Assembly: GCA_902794075.1 (NCBI GenBank)
Contig: CADBGE010000001.1
Location: 76,603-140,602 of the forward strand
Length of the DNA stretch: 64,000 nt
Direction: 5' to 3'
Source: an uncultured Erysipelotrichaceae bacterium
GTDB lineage: Bacteria; Bacillota_I; Bacilli_A; RF39; UBA660
The position numbers and the translations under genes were made by a program. Below the pieces are notes generated by a model. The model did no database searches, had not been told where the DNA came from, and saw only the letters and a list, made by a program, of their open reading frames with translations. This document shows positions 1-8,626 of the stretch, one piece after another. Every line of letters starts with the position of its first letter. Within the stretch, counting starts at the first letter, position 1.

Positions 1-277
1 TTTTATAAAATTTAAAAGAAAAACCATCTGGCAATTTTGTAGTTCCCTCTGGAAGTCTTCCTCCCATAAGCTGTGCAACATATGCAACATCACCAATATT
101 CAGCTTAATATTAATACGGTTTGGTTTTACACCAAGCACTGCTGCAGTATCAGCATGACCAATAGCAGATGTCAAATTATTAGGAAATTTATCAACTTGC
201 TGAAAATCAACAGTTGCATTATCAGGCAGCATTTGAATACTAAAGGCATTAAGCAAATAAGTTGGGTTTGTAGTCAT
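1..277 (-). CDS. DUF1874 / STIV B116-like protein, partial (C-terminus runs off window start)
   Basis: Manual translation from ATG at 277-275: MTTNPTYLLNAFSIQML...TSAIGHADTAAVLG...NRINIKLNIGDVAYVAQ..GGRLPEG. It matches the B116-family motifs LxNAFSxxML, AIGHxxT and NR..GD..RLxEG. Absent from the ORF track because it has no stop inside the window. Confidence 0.7.
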   Translation of the reverse strand, partial: MTTNPTYLLNAFSIQMLPDNATVDFQQVDKFPNNLTSAIGHADTAAVLGVKPNRINIKLNIGDVAYVAQLMGGRLPEGTTKLPDGFSFKFYK

Positions 278-306
278 AACTATAAATTTTAAAAATTTGT
301 AATTAT

Positions 307-335
307 AATATATAAATAAAATTCAATAAATTTAA
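307..335 (-). promoter_or_regulatory. sigma-70-like promoter TTAAAT-N17-TATATT
   Basis: Minus strand: TTAAAT (335-330), 17-nt spacer, TATATT (312-307), about 30 nt upstream of ATG 277. The same architecture recurs at more than 10 intergenic sites. Confidence 0.5.
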
Positions 336-362
336 ATCATTAATATATGTTAACAATAATCT

Positions 363-2294
363 TTAATAAACTCTAATCTCAATTCCCTTCTCACGAGCCT
401 TTTTCATCTTTCCTGTGTTGCTTTCCAAATCATTCGTAAATACAATTTGAACTTCTTTCCAGGAACCAGTGACTCGGTACTGTGGATTATGCTGAATGAA
501 CTCACCCTTTGACTTGTAGTTGTTTGGTTCTCCAGTCAGGATCACGGGAATCTTGTCAGCATCAGCGTTCTTTGTTTCAACGGCATGCTGCTTAAAATCA
601 TCAATCTCTTTTCCAAGCTTCTTAAGCAGTTCAACAAGTTTCTTGTAGTTGTCAGACTCAGTATTCATTGCCCATTGATAACCTTCACTTGCCATACTTG
701 TGAAATCGTAATCAAGGCCAAGTAGATAATTTGTTACCTGTTCTGCAACTTTGTCTCCACAGAACTTGAAGTTGAACGAACGAATGATTTCCTTCAATGA
801 AAGTGTCTCAAGAATCTTCTTGAACTCATTCATAATCTTCTTTGCATTTCCCTCTGCCTTGTTCTTTGAAAGATTCTTGACAGCAAAGAACAGTTCCTCG
901 GGTGTGCATTCAAGAATATTGCTTGGAATATGTTTCTCTGTAGTCTCACCAAAAAATTCATCAGTTTCCTTGTCCTCAGTAATGAATGAGTCAAACACCT
1001 TAGAAGCAATCTCATTTCCAAGATTTGGAATGTTAAGTGATGCAGCTGAATTAATGAAAGCATTACGTTTAATTTCATTCTCATCAAGTACAGCCATCAA
1101 ATGAACACCATCAATTGTATATTTTTCAGGCATTGGAATGTTCAACGGAATATGTGTTTCAGTGACTTTGTAAAGGAACGGAATGATGTCACCTGCAAGG
1201 CTCATGATAATCTTTGACCCAATACCTACGCCTTGCTGAACAAGTAATCCGTAATTATGTCCTGAGCACTTCTGAACCATTCGTCCGTCCATCTCAACAG
1301 GATTCACCCAGATGATTGGTGTGTATTCTCCAGTCTTTCCGAGGTTCCAAGTGATGTTCACAACTTCAGTTTCCTCAAGCATTGGGATAAACTTGATAGC
1401 AACACAATCCTTAGGTCTTGCGTCAGTGAGGTTCAGTTTACGAGCACCTGCGATAGGCTTGATGACAAATCCGTCAAGTGCATATTCGGACTTTTTGCGA
1501 TGTTCCTCAAACTTCTTGTATAACAATGCAAGTTCGTTTTCATCGTCAAAGGTGTACAGTGTTGTCATCACGTGAAATTCGGGAAGAACTTTCTTAACAC
1601 CACTAAGATGAGTAAGTTCAGTCCAATCCTTGTCAATCCATTCATCATCCTCTAAAATCTTAATACGAAAATCATAAATGACAACATCGAGGTCATTCAG
1701 TAATTGATTGAATTCATAAGAATCAGAATAATCCCTTCCAAGAACACCAGCAACAAATGAGCGAGGATTTGTGAATTGGTCAGCATATTTCTTCTCAAAT
1801 ACAGATTTCTTAATCAGTACTTCACCACGAAGAACATACTCTGAATAGTTAAGTGAGAGCAATGACTGAGGAATCTTGTCAATGATATGATCATAAATGT
1901 CTCGGCCAAACTCACCGTCTCCACGAGTTGAGATTGTGATCTCATTATAATCAACATTGATGTACAGCTCAAAGCTACAACCATCATACTTAGGAGTGAC
2001 AATCAAAGGAGGATCCACATTAAACTTAGTGACAAACCCAGCAACTTCCTTGTAGTGCTTACCCCAGTCAACCTTACCGTCCTTCTCATGAATCTGCACC
2101 TTACTAAGTGAGCCCATCACAAATGGATGACGAACAGTATAAGAAGGATTATGACGAGTGCCTACATACGCCTTATTCTCCAGTCCAAGTTCCTTCTCAA
2201 GTGCATCAAATTCAATGTCACTCATGATTTCCTCACCGTTATAGTAGGCTTCCTTTGCAGCGTTGTAGAGCTTGAGTTGTTCTTCGCGAGTCAT
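363..2294 (-). CDS. ligA: NAD-dependent DNA ligase (LigA family)
   Basis: 643 aa. LigA-type N-terminal Ia motif YYNGEEIMSDIEFDALEKEL and adenylation motif TPKYDGCS (KxDG). ATG start, TAA stop. Confidence 0.85.
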   Translation of the reverse strand: MTREEQLKLYNAAKEAYYNGEEIMSDIEFDALEKELGLENKAYVGTRHNPSYTVRHPFVMGSLSKVQIHEKDGKVDWGKHYKEVAGFVTKFNVDPPLIVTPKYDGCSFELYINVDYNEITISTRGDGEFGRDIYDHIIDKIPQSLLSLNYSEYVLRGEVLIKKSVFEKKYADQFTNPRSFVAGVLGRDYSDSYEFNQLLNDLDVVIYDFRIKILEDDEWIDKDWTELTHLSGVKKVLPEFHVMTTLYTFDDENELALLYKKFEEHRKKSEYALDGFVIKPIAGARKLNLTDARPKDCVAIKFIPMLEETEVVNITWNLGKTGEYTPIIWVNPVEMDGRMVQKCSGHNYGLLVQQGVGIGSKIIMSLAGDIIPFLYKVTETHIPLNIPMPEKYTIDGVHLMAVLDENEIKRNAFINSAASLNIPNLGNEIASKVFDSFITEDKETDEFFGETTEKHIPSNILECTPEELFFAVKNLSKNKAEGNAKKIMNEFKKILETLSLKEIIRSFNFKFCGDKVAEQVTNYLLGLDYDFTSMASEGYQWAMNTESDNYKKLVELLKKLGKEIDDFKQHAVETKNADADKIPVILTGEPNNYKSKGEFIQHNPQYRVTGSWKEVQIVFTNDLESNTGKMKKAREKGIEIRVY

Positions 2295-2331
2295 ATTCTT
2301 AAGTTTTTGTTTGTTTTTAATTTGTATAAAT

Positions 2332-2360
2332 AAAATAAAAATGTTCTTCCAAAAATTAAA
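2332..2360 (-). promoter_or_regulatory. sigma-70-like promoter variant TTTAAT-N17-TATTTT
   Basis: Minus strand: TTTAAT (2360-2355), 17 nt, TATTTT (2337-2332), upstream of the ligase ATG at 2294. Confidence 0.4.
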
Positions 2361-2402
2361 AGCTTTAACAAACTTTAATAAAAGAGGAACTTTATTTTTT
2401 AT

Positions 2403-2696
2403 TTAGTTGATTTCCTTTACAAGAGTTTCAATAACGATTCTTGTGATAGTTTCAACGGGAGGCGCCCATTCAATAATAGTCACAATAGAATTATCAATCT
2501 TCTTGTTCTCAACGCTACTTACATAATAAATTTCCTTATTAGCATATTCGTTAACCATGTTAATGTGATTTAGAAATGCCTCATTCCAATCAGTCGTTAA
2601 CATAATATCGTCATTTGTGTCAAATGCATAATTTTCAATTTCGTCTGTCTCGGGAAATAAATTAACTGTTTGAATGGTTGTCTGATAAATCTTCAT
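2403..2696 (-). CDS. hypothetical protein
   Basis: The track ORF 2403..2720 begins at a TTG. The first ATG (MKIYQTTIQ...) is at 2696, so I prefer the ATG start. Confidence 0.55.
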   Translation of the reverse strand: MKIYQTTIQTVNLFPETDEIENYAFDTNDDIMLTTDWNEAFLNHINMVNEYANKEIYYVSSVENKKIDNSIVTIIEWAPPVETITRIVIETLVKEIN

Positions 2697-2739
2697 ATTA
2701 TCTTTTTTATAGTTCAACAAAAATTTTAATTACAAATAT

Positions 2740-2768
2740 AAAATAAAAACATTCCCCAGAAAATTCAA
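2740..2768 (-). promoter_or_regulatory. sigma-70-like promoter variant TTGAAT-N17-TATTTT
   Basis: Minus strand: TTGAAT (2768-2763), 17 nt, TATTTT (2745-2740). The -35 lies inside a ttccc/gggaa hairpin that follows the stop of the 2807..3544 gene. Confidence 0.4.
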
Positions 2769-2806
2769 CTTCCAGGGAACAAATATAATGCTAAAAAATA
2801 AATCAT

Positions 2807-3544
2807 TTAATCTCCTGTCCAATGACCTCCAGCACCTCTATAATATTCTTTACTTATTCTTTGGCCAAATTCGTATCTTTCTTTTTCCAATTTATCTTCA
2901 GTCTCATCATCAAATACTGGGAAAATATCAAATACAGTAGCATCCCACCTATTTGTGAATGAATTAGTTGCTACAACAATTTTTTTAAGTTTATTATATG
3001 TTGTGTCAGGATATTTTTTTAATGTGTCAATGATATCATTTAAAATATCTATCATTCGGTCTTCCTTAATGTTTGAACTATAAGAATGACCTGTTAAATC
3101 ACCATGCCAACAATACGATAATTTTAATTTATCTGGTTTAACTGATGCATCAATTGGGATAAATTTATTCCATGGATTATTGTCAAATTCATCAGAACTT
3201 TTCTTTAACTTATCGTTAAGCCATTCTTGTTGTTTTTCTGGAGATCTTTTAAGAATTCCTGGTTTACTTTCCTTATATTTTAACCAATGTTCCTCAGCTT
3301 TCTTTAATGCAGCTTCTTTTCTTGCTTGACGTTTATCTGTTTGCGTTTTATTATATTCTTCTATAATAGAAACACGAGCAATTAAGAATTTTGACCATGA
3401 TTCCAAGATACCTTCATTTATCTTTTTCTTGATTTTTTCTGATGAATCATTTATATTAATATCTATAGAATTAATGCATATTCTACCGAAATTTTCAATA
3501 TAATCTTTTTTCCATTCATTTATATATTGAACAAGTGATTTCAT
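2807..3544 (-). CDS. hypothetical protein with MKSL-type N-terminal leader
   Basis: 245 aa. Starts MKSLVQYINE. No recognisable domain. Confidence 0.7.
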   Translation of the reverse strand: MKSLVQYINEWKKDYIENFGRICINSIDININDSSEKIKKKINEGILESWSKFLIARVSIIEEYNKTQTDKRQARKEAALKKAEEHWLKYKESKPGILKRSPEKQQEWLNDKLKKSSDEFDNNPWNKFIPIDASVKPDKLKLSYCWHGDLTGHSYSSNIKEDRMIDILNDIIDTLKKYPDTTYNKLKKIVVATNSFTNRWDATVFDIFPVFDDETEDKLEKERYEFGQRISKEYYRGAGGHWTGD

Positions 3545-3578
3545 ATATATCTAATATATTTTAATTAAAAATAATTAT

Positions 3579-3794
3579 TCATTTAGCATCAGGATATAAC
3601 ATAGCCATTGTTTCTGGATATCCACTTAAAAACATTTCATTAAAAATTCTTTCATTTATGTTTACAAGTTTTCCAGAATCATTTTTAATCTTAAATTCAA
3701 TTTTACCACTTGTTGAATATAAACTTGTCATTTTATATTTCTTGTTATGAGAAAAACCTTCATATGTTTTCTCTGGCCTAAGTATTGCTAACAT
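3579..3794 (-). CDS. hypothetical protein
   Basis: 71-aa ATG-initiated ORF filling the gap between co-oriented genes. Confidence 0.5.
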   Translation of the reverse strand: MLAILRPEKTYEGFSHNKKYKMTSLYSTSGKIEFKIKNDSGKLVNINERIFNEMFLSGYPETMAMLYPDAK

Positions 3795-3804
3795 ATTATT
3801 TTAA

Positions 3805-4134
3805 TTATTTTTTAATTTCTTCTAATCCTTCATACTCACCAGTCTTCATACAACAGTTCTTATACTTTTTTCCACTGCCACATGGACACATGTCATTACG
3901 ACCAATTTTTTCATACTTACGAACAATTTGTTTTGGGCGCCTTGCCATTAGTGCACGTATTTTAGCAAGCTGATCTCCAGTAATTACACTATCCTCAAAT
4001 TGTTTCATTTCTTCTGAAACTTCTTCGTCTGTCTTATCTGTCAAATCAACCTCTAAATTACGAAGAGCATTTTGAGCGTCTTCAACAGCAGAACTTTGTT
4101 CTAGCATTTTAATGTTATTTTCTTCCATAGTCAT
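3805..4134 (-). CDS. SEC-C motif metal-binding protein
   Basis: 109 aa. Acidic N-terminal half and a C-terminal [13 protein letters not shown] (SEC-C zinc motif). Lies immediately downstream of the clpX-like gene. Confidence 0.65.
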   Translation of the reverse strand: MTMEENNIKMLEQSSAVEDAQNALRNLEVDLTDKTDEEVSEEMKQFEDSVITGDQLAKIRALMARRPKQIVRKYEKIGRNDMCPCGSGKKYKNCCMKTGEYEGLEEIKK

Positions 4135-4138
4135 AAAA

Positions 4139-5332
4139 TTATTTATTTAGAATTTTTTCTATATGCTTCTTTGTTATAGTTACTTTCTTATTTTTATATT
4201 CAGCACATCTGAACATATAATCCTCCATGATTTTTTCCATAATTCCTCGAAGACCTCTTGCACCAACTTCAGTATCTAAAGCTTTATCAACAATATAATA
4301 TAATGCATCCTTTTTGAAGTCAATTTCTATATCATCAAGTTTAAGCATCGTCTTATATTGTTTTATAAGTGCATTTCTAGGCCGTGTAAGTACATCATAT
4401 AGTTGTTCACGAGTAAGTTCTGTAGTATGTGCAATAATTGGAAGACGACCAATAATTTCAGGAATTAGTCCAAAACTTCTTAAATCTTGTGTGTTAACAT
4501 CATCCAATGGATCATCATTATTTTTGTCATTATCTCTTCCTGTGACAAAACCGACTGCATGTTTGTTATGTCTTCTCATTATTTCTTCTTCAATTCCAAC
4601 AAATGCACCACTACATATAAATAAAATATTTGTTGTGTCAATTGGAACAAGCTTTTGTTCAGGATGAATTCTTCCACCATTAGGAGGACAGTTGACAATA
4701 GTTCCTTCAAGCATCTTTAGTAATGCCTGCTGAACACCTTCTCCAGAAACATCACGCGTAATACTCGTGTTTCCCTTTTTAGTTCCAATCTTATCTATTT
4801 CATCTATGAACACGATACCTTGTTCTGCTTTCTTTATGTCATAATCCGATGCCTGCAGAAGTTTGCTAAGTACAGATTCAACATCTTCTCCAACATATCC
4901 GCTTTGTGTTAATGAAGTAGCATCAGCAATCACAAAAGGCACATCAATCATTCTTGCAATAGTCTTACACAATAATGTCTTTCCACTTCCTGACGGTCCC
5001 AATAGAACAATATTTGATTTCTCAAGCTCACATTCATTCTTATCATAATTTGAGAACAATCTCTTATAGTGATTATATACTGCAACACTTAATGTCTTCT
5101 TAGCGGAATCTTGTCCAATGACATATTGGTTTAGGAACTCATATATCTCTTGAGGATTAGGAAAACTTTTATTTTCTACGTTTGATGAATTAGGTTCAAA
5201 TTTAATGTTCCGTGCTAATGACAGACATGAATCACACATATATGTCTTACCGTTAAGTCCAACAACGGCGTTCATATCTTCTGTAATGGGTTTACCACAG
5301 AAACTACAAATATTTTGTATATTACTTTTCAT
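4139..5332 (-). CDS. clpX: ClpX-like AAA+ unfoldase
   Basis: 397 aa. N-terminal C4 zinc ribbon (CSFCGK...CDSC), Walker A GPSGSGKT, Walker [10 protein letters not shown], pore-1 GYVG and an IGF-loop-like VGF tripeptide. Confidence 0.85.
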   Translation of the reverse strand: MKSNIQNICSFCGKPITEDMNAVVGLNGKTYMCDSCLSLARNIKFEPNSSNVENKSFPNPQEIYEFLNQYVIGQDSAKKTLSVAVYNHYKRLFSNYDKNECELEKSNIVLLGPSGSGKTLLCKTIARMIDVPFVIADATSLTQSGYVGEDVESVLSKLLQASDYDIKKAEQGIVFIDEIDKIGTKKGNTSITRDVSGEGVQQALLKMLEGTIVNCPPNGGRIHPEQKLVPIDTTNILFICSGAFVGIEEEIMRRHNKHAVGFVTGRDNDKNNDDPLDDVNTQDLRSFGLIPEIIGRLPIIAHTTELTREQLYDVLTRPRNALIKQYKTMLKLDDIEIDFKKDALYYIVDKALDTEVGARGLRGIMEKIMEDYMFRCAEYKNKKVTITKKHIEKILNK

Positions 5333-5918
5333 TCACAAAATCCAATACTTCATTTAATATATCATTCTTATTGCGAAACTTGTTGCCATCATTAACAACG
5401 ATTAACTTCTTATTTAATTGTGATTTTTCAAATATTTCATAGAACAAAGAAGTTTCTTTCATAATGTTGTTTTCATCATTTGAAATTGAATTACCATCAT
5501 CATTTTTTAGTGCCAACTCTGTAGAATTATTAATCAATTGAACATAATATACATTTTCTAATTTTGTGTAAAATTTACTATTGTCATTAATGAACAACTT
5601 AATGTCTTGTTCAATGCCATCAATCATATTAAATACATCATTCTTTTGGCGATTTCTATATAATGTTCCATAAACATATTCACCATACCAGGCTCTATTA
5701 AATATAATTAAATCACATACACCATAGTAATTTTCATTATATAATTTATTTATGTAACTATTAAACAATGCATCCTGATTTAAGTTTTGTTCATCAAGTG
5801 TTTTTCCTACAGGCTTTCCACAATGAATAATTAATGTATGACTACATAAATTTTTTAATTCATTTATCAAAGTATCCTTACCTGTACGGTCTGTTCCTTC
5901 AATTATAATTATTTTCAT
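5322..5918 (-). CDS. P-loop kinase, thymidylate/deoxynucleoside-kinase-like fold
   Basis: 198 aa. MKIIIIEGTDRTGKDT fits the IEGxDxxGK(S/T)T P-loop of the dTMP/dNK family. Substrate unknown. Lies directly downstream of the RNA ligase gene. Confidence 0.55.
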   Translation of the reverse strand: MKIIIIEGTDRTGKDTLINELKNLCSHTLIIHCGKPVGKTLDEQNLNQDALFNSYINKLYNENYYGVCDLIIFNRAWYGEYVYGTLYRNRQKNDVFNMIDGIEQDIKLFINDNSKFYTKLENVYYVQLINNSTELALKNDDGNSISNDENNIMKETSLFYEIFEKSQLNKKLIVVNDGNKFRNKNDILNEVLDFVNEK

Positions 5919-5949
5919 GTTGTATAATTATGTATTATATATTAATATA

Positions 5950-5990
5950 TAAAAGTATGTGGCCATTTTTAATCATTATTAGCCACATAC
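5950..5990 (-). terminator. rho-independent terminator candidate after the RNA ligase gene
   Basis: 9-bp stem gtatgtggc (5955-5963) / gccacatac (5982-5990), followed on the minus strand by TTTT (plus-strand aaaa at 5951-5954). Confidence 0.5.
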
Positions 5991-6011
5991 TTACAAAATA
6001 TTATGAAAATA

Positions 6012-7418
6012 TTAGCTATTGTCCTCTACGTTTTCGACACCCTTGTCCAATTCTTTCTGTTCACGGTTCATAAATGCAAATGTCTTAAGTTTCCAGGCAT
6101 GTGCAATTCCGTCTTCTTTCTTGATGACAATACCTTCTTGAGGTACATTATTTGTACAGTCAGGACTATTCATCTCCATGAAAAATTTCTCATCATCAGC
6201 AAGTGCAGAAATAAAGTTATCCCCATAATTTTCATCATTGAAAATATTAGGATAAAGATCGTATGCATACCCATAATAGAACTCATTAACAGGCTTAAGT
6301 CCAACTGTTTTACAATAATCCTGAACTTCCTTTGCACTATACTCATGAAAAACTCCATCAATATTTGTAGAAGTAATACGATATACAACAACCTTAAAGT
6401 TTACACCTTCCTTATAATCATCAACTGCGCGAGGAGGTCTACATCCATAATCATATCCCTTTTGGATATATTTACCATTAGGAAGATACCCAACAATTTC
6501 TGCATAAATTGTCATTCCTTTCTGTAGATATGGCTTCAAATAATCAAAACCATATTTCCAAACATCAACACTATAAAATCCTTCACCGGTTGTAGGATTA
6601 ATGTTTGCATTTTTAATGACAGACCTTGAACTATAGATATAGTCATAATCAGGATATGAATCTACATCAGTGTATACAGGCAATGTTCCGCCAAACTTAG
6701 TATATAACCAAGTTAGAATTTTGTCCCATTTCTTTCTTGGTTGTCTACACAATACTCGAGACGCAATCAAACTTGTACCATGCCACTTACTTGTGATACT
6801 AATAAGATCTGTTGGCTTAATTACCCAAGGCTCCTTACGAATCAAAATCGTATCATAATGGAACTTAAACTGTCCTTCAATCAACTTATTAAACCTCTTA
6901 AGCTTATTGTTACGATATTCTCCAGTATTGGTTATTGAAGTTACATTGGTCTGAACAACATATTTACGATTAATCCAAAATGTCTTTCCGTTATGTTCAA
7001 CTTCATCAAATTCAGTATTTATCTCAATGTCGGTAAGTTCAACATTTACAGAATCAAGAATCCAATCTTTAAGATCATCAATAGGCAACAAAAATCCTTC
7101 AGAAGCAAATCCGCCAAGCTTAATTGCTTTTACTCGTCCATTCTTATCAAAGAAGCCCTTCTTCTCAGGATTCCTATTCAATGCACTATTAGAATATAAT
7201 GACAAATACTCAAGAAGTGACGGATTTATTTGTGACATTGCAGGAAAATACACATAAATGCCTTTCTTCATGTCCGTTGAAACAATAATATTAAATCCAT
7301 CTACAACAGCAACCTGAAGCTTAGTGTATTCAGGATTTGGATGCTTTGCGAAATTATTAATCTCAACAATTTTTGCGAGATAATTTACATTTGCTCCCTT
7401 TGATTTTTGTAACTTCAT
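6012..7418 (-). CDS. RNA ligase (Rnl2 / DraRnl-like nucleotidyltransferase)
   Basis: 468 aa. Motif I SKWHGTS (compare T4 Rnl2 EKIHGTN), motif IV-like YAEIVGY and motif V-like EGIVIKKE...WKLK. An extra N-terminal domain is present. Confidence 0.65.
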   Translation of the reverse strand: MKLQKSKGANVNYLAKIVEINNFAKHPNPEYTKLQVAVVDGFNIIVSTDMKKGIYVYFPAMSQINPSLLEYLSLYSNSALNRNPEKKGFFDKNGRVKAIKLGGFASEGFLLPIDDLKDWILDSVNVELTDIEINTEFDEVEHNGKTFWINRKYVVQTNVTSITNTGEYRNNKLKRFNKLIEGQFKFHYDTILIRKEPWVIKPTDLISITSKWHGTSLIASRVLCRQPRKKWDKILTWLYTKFGGTLPVYTDVDSYPDYDYIYSSRSVIKNANINPTTGEGFYSVDVWKYGFDYLKPYLQKGMTIYAEIVGYLPNGKYIQKGYDYGCRPPRAVDDYKEGVNFKVVVYRITSTNIDGVFHEYSAKEVQDYCKTVGLKPVNEFYYGYAYDLYPNIFNDENYGDNFISALADDEKFFMEMNSPDCTNNVPQEGIVIKKEDGIAHAWKLKTFAFMNREQKELDKGVENVEDNS

Positions 7419-7429
7419 AATCTTATTTT

Positions 7430-7696
7430 TTAAATTTCAATAACTATTTCACCTTCTTTGTCATAAATGTATTTAACTTGTTTACCGTTAATACAATAAT
7501 TATTTATTTGAATAAACGGACCACCACTTGGATCTACGAAATCATATTCTTTATCTTCCCAATCATGACCTTCTCGAAGTCCAAATCGACAATAGTCTTT
7601 ACTATTTTCTGCAAGTCTAAGAATATATATATTTTCATCTATCTTTTCAAGGTAGTTCTTATCACCATAACGATTAGATAATTGTATTCTTTCCAT
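7430..7696 (-). CDS. hypothetical protein
   Basis: 88 aa, ATG start, co-oriented, with its own upstream promoter motif. Confidence 0.6.
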   Translation of the reverse strand: MERIQLSNRYGDKNYLEKIDENIYILRLAENSKDYCRFGLREGHDWEDKEYDFVDPSGGPFIQINNYCINGKQVKYIYDKEGEIVIEI

Positions 7697-7737
7697 AATA
7701 CATTATTTAAATTATTGCATATTTAAATTACGATTAT

Positions 7738-7766
7738 AATATATTGATGAACTATGAAAAATTCAA
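7738..7766 (-). promoter_or_regulatory. sigma-70-like promoter TTGAAT-N17-TATATT
   Basis: Minus strand: TTGAAT (7766-7761), 17 nt, TATATT (7743-7738), 41 nt upstream of ATG 7696. Confidence 0.55.
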
Positions 7767-7790
7767 AAAGATAAATATTTTATTTACTTT

Positions 7791-8030
7791 TCATATAAGT
7801 TTTAAACAACAAATGAAAGTAATAAATATAGCAACAACCATAAGTATCAATATGATTTCCAATTTATGTATTTTCTGTAAGTATTTTTTATTGTCGCCTG
7901 ATGCACATTTGTCACACAATGTTTCATTTTCTGAAATTTTCCAATCAATTGCATAATCTTTTAAATGGTCTTCATATTCAAATGATGGAGTTCTTCTGCC
8001 GCATCTACTGCACCTATAACTATATTCCAT
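7791..8030 (-). CDS. small zinc-ribbon protein with C-terminal transmembrane helix
   Basis: 79 aa. CSRCGRR...CDKC cysteine pairs and a hydrophobic tail ILILMVVAIFITFICCL. Confidence 0.55.
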   Translation of the reverse strand: MEYSYRCSRCGRRTPSFEYEDHLKDYAIDWKISENETLCDKCASGDNKKYLQKIHKLEIILILMVVAIFITFICCLKLI

Positions 8031-8033
8031 AAA

Positions 8034-8603
8034 TTATGCTTTTGTTTTATTCTTAAAGTTATTAATTACATTAATTGCGTTTTCAATCTTGAACTTATCA
8101 TCAGACATAAGAATTTTTAGTATGATTGAGAACGCGTCATTCATTCCTTTTTCATACAAGTTTGGATGCTGTTCTACAGGTGACCAATCGTCTTCATGAT
8201 TGAAACTAATCTTATGTTTGCTCGCATGAGCAAGATGTCCAGTATTTTCATCATCAATAAATAGTTCAATGTAATCCCCATAGCCAGGTTCACGATTATA
8301 GTAATCCATCAAAAACGGTACATATCCTTCTGACTTGAATACTACATTGTGGTTTTCATCAAGCAGTTCATATACACCAGTATCAACAACCTTTGCGAAA
8401 ATTGAACAATCAGAATTTGGCAAAGTATCAAAACCATTTTTCACATCAACTGACCAAGTATCTTCATTTTCTGAACCAGCAGCTATAACTCCACTAATCA
8501 ATCTATCTGTAACAAGGTCAATTACAACATCTTGAAATCTGCATTCCCAAGGATCATGAGCGCTAAATCTTAAAAATCGTACAGTAGTAAAATCTTTTTC
8601 CAT
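8034..8603 (-). CDS. hypothetical protein
   Basis: 189 aa, ATG start, tightly packed between neighbouring genes. Confidence 0.65.
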   Translation of the reverse strand: MEKDFTTVRFLRFSAHDPWECRFQDVVIDLVTDRLISGVIAAGSENEDTWSVDVKNGFDTLPNSDCSIFAKVVDTGVYELLDENHNVVFKSEGYVPFLMDYYNREPGYGDYIELFIDDENTGHLAHASKHKISFNHEDDWSPVEQHPNLYEKGMNDAFSIILKILMSDDKFKIENAINVINNFKNKTKA

Positions 8604-8626
8604 AATCTTTTATTATATTAATATAT

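Noticed and set aside
2700-2760. Bacteroidota-type promoters (TTTG ... TAnnTTTG) upstream of minus-strand genes
   Set aside because: TAnnTTTG-like strings occur, but at variable distances in this AT-rich DNA. The TTrAAT-N17-TATATT arrangement is conserved in spacing at many sites and explains the same regions better.
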